A stretch of 34,101 nucleotides of DNA, taken from positions 1-34,101 of IMG/VR virus record IMGVR_UViG_2855455421_000002, one strand, 5' to 3'. Source of the DNA: a virus. Below the pieces are notes generated by a model. It had not been told where the DNA came from. It was given only the letters and a program-made list of their open reading frames with translations, and did no database searches. Made by a program: the position numbers and the translations under genes. Shown here in pieces: positions 30,922 to 34,101 of the stretch (positions within the stretch are counted from its first letter, which is position 1; every line of letters starts with the position of its first letter).

Positions 30922-32058
30922 GTGGCAAGCATTCAAAAAATGAAAAACGGCCGCTGGCGTTATCGTGTGTCTTATAAGGAGAATGGGAAATACAAAACGA
31001 AAACGAAAGGCGGTTTTCGCACCAAAAAGGAGGCGGAGCTTGCGGCCGCTGAATTGGAGAAACAGCTACACAAAGGATACGACATCAACGCGGGGGATCA
31101 GCTTTTCCCTGAATACATGCGGAATTGGTTCGAGCTGTACAAAAAGGGGAAACACAGTCCAGAGCATGATAAAAATGTAGAATACTCCGTTCAGCTAGTC
31201 GAGGAATACTTTGCAGGCGTAAAGATGAAAGAACTCACAAGGGATATGTACCAAAAGTTTATTAATGAAATAGCGGAAACGAGAACGACTGAAACCGTCA
31301 AAAAACGTCATACTTACATCAAGGAATGCATTAAAGCTGCTATCGAAGAAGGAGTTATCATTCGCGACCCTACCTACAAAGTTGTGGTTAAAGGGAAGAA
31401 AAAAGGGAAAGACGAGGAACTGAAATATTTAAATTATCAAGAGGCGAAACAATTAATTGCTGAAATCAAAAAAGATATGCGCCCGAAATATATTTCGCGG
31501 TATATTATCCTCTTCGCCCTGGCAACTGGCGTACGTTTTTCGGAAATATTAGGGCTCACATGGGACTGCATTGATTTCAAAAACAGAATGGTGACGATCA
31601 ACAAGACTTGGGACTATAAATTTACGAATGATTTCGCCGATACGAAAACCTATTCATCGAAGCGAACCATAAAGATTGATGAAGACACCTGCAAAATATT
31701 GAAAGAACTGCGGAAAGCACAGAATGAGGTGGCTATGAAAACAGGATTGAGGAACGAGAAAAATCTTGTTTTTGTGAACACGAAGATGGAGTTAGTGTCC
31801 AATAACGCTGTTAACAAAACACTAAAAACGCTGTGTAGAAAACTTGGTTTAAAAGAGGTGACGATGCATTCCTTGAGACATACGCACGCTTCGATGCTGT
31901 TATACCGGAAAGCGAACATCAAATATATCTCAAAGCGTCTTGGCCATAAGGATATAGGGATCACATTGCAGACCTACTCGCACATTTTGGACGAGCTGGA
32001 ACAAGCGGAAAATATGCTCCTCGATCAAATCATGGATGATCTATATCATGCAAAATAG
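30922..32058 (+). CDS. int: Tyrosine recombinase / phage integrase, about 378 aa
   Basis: N-terminal arm-binding pattern KMKNGRWRYRVSYKENGKYKTKTKGGFRTKKEAE. Catalytic TGVRFSEILGL, HSLRHTHAS and LGHKDIGITLQTYSH. I chose the GTG at 30922, preceded by GGGAGGGAG. The track TTG at 30877 overlaps the ImmA-like gene, and the ATG at 30941 is also possible. Confidence 0.9.
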   Translation: MASIQKMKNGRWRYRVSYKENGKYKTKTKGGFRTKKEAELAAAELEKQLHKGYDINAGDQLFPEYMRNWFELYKKGKHSPEHDKNVEYSVQLVEEYFAGVKMKELTRDMYQKFINEIAETRTTETVKKRHTYIKECIKAAIEEGVIIRDPTYKVVVKGKKKGKDEELKYLNYQEAKQLIAEIKKDMRPKYISRYIILFALATGVRFSEILGLTWDCIDFKNRMVTINKTWDYKFTNDFADTKTYSSKRTIKIDEDTCKILKELRKAQNEVAMKTGLRNEKNLVFVNTKMELVSNNAVNKTLKTLCRKLGLKEVTMHSLRHTHASMLLYRKANIKYISKRLGHKDIGITLQTYSHILDELEQAENMLLDQIMDDLYHAK

Positions 32059-32080
32059 CCGTGCAAAATTCGTGCAAAAT
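32049..32080 (+). repeat. Three direct copies of TGCAAAAT at the int 3' end (candidate arm-type recombinase sites)
   Basis: Copies at 32049-32056, 32062-32069 and 32073-32080 (spacing 13 and 11 bp). They are followed by two TTTTTCGG(G)AT repeats at about 32081-32090 and 32100-32110. Confidence 0.4.
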
Positions 32081-32126
32081 TTTTTCGGATTCTATCGTTT
32101 TTTTCGGGATTTCCTGAAAATGAAAA

Positions 32127-32146
32127 ACGACCGCAAACGCGGTCGT
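32127..32146 (-). terminator. Rho-independent terminator of the tRNA operon (minus strand)
   Basis: 8-bp stem acgaccgc/gcggtcgt with a 4-nt loop. The minus-strand RNA continues UUUUUCAUUUUC. It lies 48 nt downstream of the tRNA-Leu 3' end. Confidence 0.75.
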
Positions 32147-32193
32147 ATCAAGGGTTTCACGATTTTCGATCGTGGGCTATCGAATTCCAAGGA

Positions 32194-32276
<83 letters not shown>

Positions 32277-32288
32277 GCGACATGCATT

Positions 32289-32317
32289 ATTTTATCACAT
32301 TACTTCATGTCTGTCAA
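32289..32317 (-). promoter_or_regulatory. Internal near-consensus promoter directly upstream of tRNA-Leu
   Basis: Minus strand reads TTGACA (32312-32317), 17-nt spacer ending in TGa, then TAAAAT (32289-32294), with an A-rich stretch upstream. Confidence 0.65.
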
Positions 32318-32337
32318 CACTTTTTATATTCATTAGA

Positions 32338-32411
<74 letters not shown>

Positions 32412-32420
32412 TTGATCGAG

Positions 32421-32492
32421 AGCGGAAGACGGGACTCGAACCCGCGACCCCCACCTTGGCAAGGTGGTGTTCTACCACTGAACTACTTCCGC
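32421..32492 (-). tRNA. tRNA-Gly(GCC), CCA not encoded
   Basis: GCGGAAGTAGTTCAGTGGTAGAACACCACCTTGCCAAGGTGG... Confidence 0.9.
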
Positions 32493-32497
32493 GTCAT

Positions 32498-32572
32498 TGG
32501 CTGGGGTAGCTGGATTCGAACCAACGCATCACGGAGTCAAAGTCCGTTGCCTTACCGCTTGGCTATACCCCA
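32498..32572 (-). tRNA. tRNA-Gln(UUG), CCA encoded
   Basis: Anticodon loop CTTTGAC. Acceptor TGGGGTA/TACCCCA. Confidence 0.9.
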
Positions 32573-32588
32573 ACGCCGAAAAGTGAAG

Positions 32589-32662
32589 GGCGACTAGTGG
32601 GAATCGAACCCACGCATGCCAGAGCCACAATCTGGTGCGTTAACCACTTCGCCATAGTCGCC
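32589..32662 (-). tRNA. tRNA-His(GUG) with G-1, CCA not encoded
   Basis: Extra 5' G paired to C73. Anticodon loop ATTGTGG. Confidence 0.9.
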
Positions 32663-32678
32663 ATAATGATAATCAAAA

Positions 32679-32752
32679 TGGCAGGGGCAGTAGGAATCGA
32701 ACCCACACCGGAGGTTTTGGAGACCTCTGTTCTACCATTAAACTATGCCCCT
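32679..32752 (-). tRNA. tRNA-Trp(CCA), CCA end encoded
   Basis: Anticodon loop CTCCAAA. Confidence 0.9.
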
Positions 32753-32759
32753 TCAATCA

Positions 32760-32844
32760 TGGTGGAGGGGGACGGATTCGAACCGCCGAACCCAAAGGGA
32801 GCGGATTTACAGTCCGCCGCGTTTAGCCACTTCGCTACCCCTCC
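32760..32844 (-). tRNA. tRNA-Tyr(GUA), class II, CCA encoded
   Basis: Anticodon loop CTGTAAA and a long variable arm. Confidence 0.9.
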
Positions 32845-32850
32845 AAGGAA

Positions 32851-32926
32851 TGGTGCCGACTGCAGGACTTGAACCCGCAACCTACTGATTACGATTCAGT
32901 TGCTCTACCAATTGAGCTAAGTCGGC
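32851..32926 (-). tRNA. tRNA-Thr(CGU), CCA encoded
   Basis: GCCGACTTAGCTCAATTGGTAGAGCAACTGAATCGTAATCAGT... Confidence 0.9.
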
Positions 32927-32969
32927 ATAATTATGATATAAATCGCGGCTCATTGTTCATTTGTTGTGT

Positions 32970-33072
32970 CCCTTCCTCTACCAGCCAACTCGAAGAAGCT
33001 GGATGCGTCGGGACAACTCGCAGCCGATTCGATGAAGTGGATGCTCGTCTCTACCAATTGAGCTAAGTTGGC
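32970..33072 (-). repeat. tRNA-operon spacer element, copy A (includes a 24-nt near-exact copy of the tRNA-Thr 5' half at 33049-33072)
   Basis: Shares a core of about 52 nt with copies B and C, and a further 30 nt or so with copy C. There is no shared reading frame. Confidence 0.8.
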
Positions 33073-33098
33073 ATACATATGATGCACATTATGTTATA

Positions 33099-33174
33099 TG
33101 GTGGCTCGGGACGGAATCGAACCGCCGACACAAGGATTTTCAGTCCTTTGCTCTACCGACTGAGCTACCGAGCC
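33099..33174 (-). tRNA. tRNA-Phe(GAA), CCA encoded
   Basis: Anticodon loop CTGAAAA. Confidence 0.9.
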
Positions 33175-33212
33175 GTATTAGGTTTTATGCTGTTTGCTTG
33201 TCCTGGATTGTG

Positions 33213-33289
33213 CCTCTTCCTCTTCGAGCTAATTCGAAGATGCTGGATGCGTCGAGGCAACTCGCCTCTGCCGAGTAGGCTGCCAAGCC
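33213..33289 (-). repeat. tRNA-operon spacer element, copy B (5' part is 18/24 identical to the tRNA-Phe 5' half)
   Basis: Plus strand: CCTCTTCCTCT-N15-GATGCTGGATGCGTCGAGGCAACTCG, then ctctgccgagtaggctgccaagcc. Confidence 0.8.
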
Positions 33290-33316
33290 ATCATGATTTT
33301 CCTAATTTTTGAACAA

Positions 33317-33392
33317 TGGCGGTCCCGACGGGACTCGAACCCGCGATCTCCTGCGTGACAGGCAGGCATGTTAACCACTACACTACGGGACC
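33317..33392 (-). tRNA. tRNA-Asp(GUC), CCA encoded
   Basis: Anticodon loop CTGTCAC. Confidence 0.9.
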
Positions 33393-33395
33393 AAT

Positions 33396-33473
<78 letters not shown>

Positions 33474-33526
33474 ACGATAGGAAAGTAAATTAATTTGCAC
33501 AATGTTCTTAGCGTTGTTATCCGTTA

Positions 33527-33619
33527 CCTCTTCCTCTACAAGCTGATTCAAAGATGCCAGATGCGTCGAGGCAACTCGAAGTGAATTCGATGAAGCAAAG
33601 GCTCGTCGCTCCACTCCAC
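33527..33619 (-). repeat. tRNA-operon spacer element, copy C
   Basis: Plus strand: CCTCTTCCTCT-N15-GATGCCAGATGCGTCGAGGCAACTCG, then ATTCGATGAAG-N5-GCTCGTC as in copy A. Confidence 0.8.
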
Positions 33620-33631
33620 AACGATTGAAAA

Positions 33632-33707
33632 TGGTGGAGGATGACGGGATCGAACCGCCGACCCCTTGCTTGTAAGGCAAGTGCTCTCCCAGCTGAGCTA
33701 ATCCTCC
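33632..33707 (-). tRNA. tRNA-Val(UAC), CCA encoded
   Basis: Anticodon loop CTTACAA. Confidence 0.9.
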
Positions 33708-33716
33708 ACGAAGAAG

Positions 33717-33788
33717 TGACCCGTACGGGATTCGAACCCGTGTTACCGCCGTGAAAGGGCGGTGTCTTAACCACTTGACCAACGGGCC
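33717..33788 (-). tRNA. tRNA-Glu(UUC), CCA not encoded
   Basis: Anticodon loop CTTTCAC. Confidence 0.9.
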
Positions 33789-33802
33789 ATGTTGATGAAT
33801 CA

Positions 33803-33893
33803 TGGCGGAGAGCAAGGGATTCGAACCCTTGAGGCGCTATTCACGCCTACACGATTTCCAATCGTGCTCCTTCGACCACTCGGACAGCTCTCC
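33803..33893 (-). tRNA. tRNA-Ser(GGA), class II, CCA encoded
   Basis: Anticodon loop TTGGAAA and a long variable arm. Confidence 0.9.
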
Positions 33894-33897
33894 ACGA

Positions 33898-33972
33898 TGG
33901 CTCCGCAGGCAGGATTCGAACCTGCGACCAATCGGTTAACAGCCGATTGCTCTACCACTGAGCTACTGCGGA
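33898..33972 (-). tRNA. tRNA-Asn(GUU), CCA encoded
   Basis: Anticodon loop CTGTTAA. Confidence 0.9.
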
Positions 33973-33996
33973 ATGACATCACTTTAGACATTTATT

Positions 33997-34024
33997 ATTA
34001 TAATGATTCGCGTTGAGCTGTCAA
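33997..34024 (-). promoter_or_regulatory. Consensus sigma-A-type promoter of the tRNA operon
   Basis: Minus strand reads TTGACA (34019-34024), 16-nt spacer, TATAAT (33997-34002). It is preceded by an A-rich UP-like run (GAATGAAAAAAAG). tRNA-Asn starts about 25 nt downstream. Confidence 0.8.
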
Positions 34025-34101
34025 GGACTTTTTTTCATTCCTTCAAAACTAGATAACCGTTTTGGGAAGAAGCCGGGGCGAACCGCTCGCCTCCGCTTTT
34101 C

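Larger units (their letters stand above)
1..32125. mobile_element. Temperate siphovirus-type prophage, partial (left end with lysis genes and the other att site is outside the window)
   Basis: Contiguous minus-strand modules: Cro/antirepressor, recombination, replication, late regulator, packaging, head, tail. A divergent plus-strand repressor-ImmA-integrase module ends 135 nt from a tRNA-Leu gene. The right border lies somewhere in 32059-32276 and cannot be fixed from this window. Confidence 0.9.

Noticed and set aside
33973-34101. Expected a 5S rRNA 3' end upstream of tRNA-Asn, as in rrn-linked tRNA clusters
   Set aside because: The sequence does not resemble 5S rRNA. Instead a consensus TTGACA-16-TATAAT promoter sits directly upstream of tRNA-Asn.
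34058-34101. GC-rich hairpin (ggggcga-accgc-tcgcctc) followed by ctttt at the window edge
   Set aside because: It is truncated by the window end. The stem is imperfect, and there is no upstream plus-strand gene it could terminate, so it cannot be evaluated.

Overview
The window holds about 32 kb of a temperate siphovirus-type prophage, followed by a 15-gene tRNA operon (32194-33972, minus strand). The prophage left end, including any lysis genes and the second att site, lies outside the window. Prophage genes run almost entirely on the minus strand. From right to left they are: Cro-like regulator and BRO/KilAC antirepressor; small early genes; a recombination module (Gp157-like, ERF); an SPP1-style replication module (origin-binding organizer with internal iterons, helicase loader, DnaB-type helicase); small early genes; a sigma-70 region-4-like late regulator; then terS, terL, portal, head morphogenesis protein, XkdF-like protease/scaffold, major capsid, connector and neck proteins, major tail protein, two chaperone ORFs, tape measure, Dit, an extra 354-aa gene, Tal and three distal tail genes. 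The last distal tail gene is a 963-aa GH18-type hydrolase. Plus-strand exceptions are a hicAB toxin-antitoxin cassette between the late regulator and terS, and the lysogeny module (XRE repressor, ImmA-like metalloprotease, tyrosine integrase) next to tRNA-Leu. The tRNA order (Asn-Ser-Glu-Val-fMet-Asp-Phe-Thr-Tyr-Trp-His-Gln-Gly-Cys-Leu) matches the B. subtilis trnD-type cluster as I recall it, so the host is probably a Bacillaceae member. The most unusual signal is in the tRNA operon: its only three long spacers each carry one copy of a conserved non-coding element. In transcript direction, two copies clearly begin with a degenerate copy of the 5' acceptor/D-arm half of the tRNA that follows; the third only weakly. 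I could not assign these elements to a known family by eye. Other points worth a second look: a GH18 barrel interrupted by a nested insertion of roughly 600 aa; iterons inside the replication organizer gene; a strong intrinsic terminator directly in front of the late operon; antisense-oriented terminator-like hairpins in the early region; a second tail-chaperone ORF in the +1 rather than -1 frame; and paralogous domain fragments at tail-gene junctions. I saw no recognisable large defence system (no CRISPR, RT, RM, CBASS-like genes). All homology statements come from motif recognition by eye, not searches.
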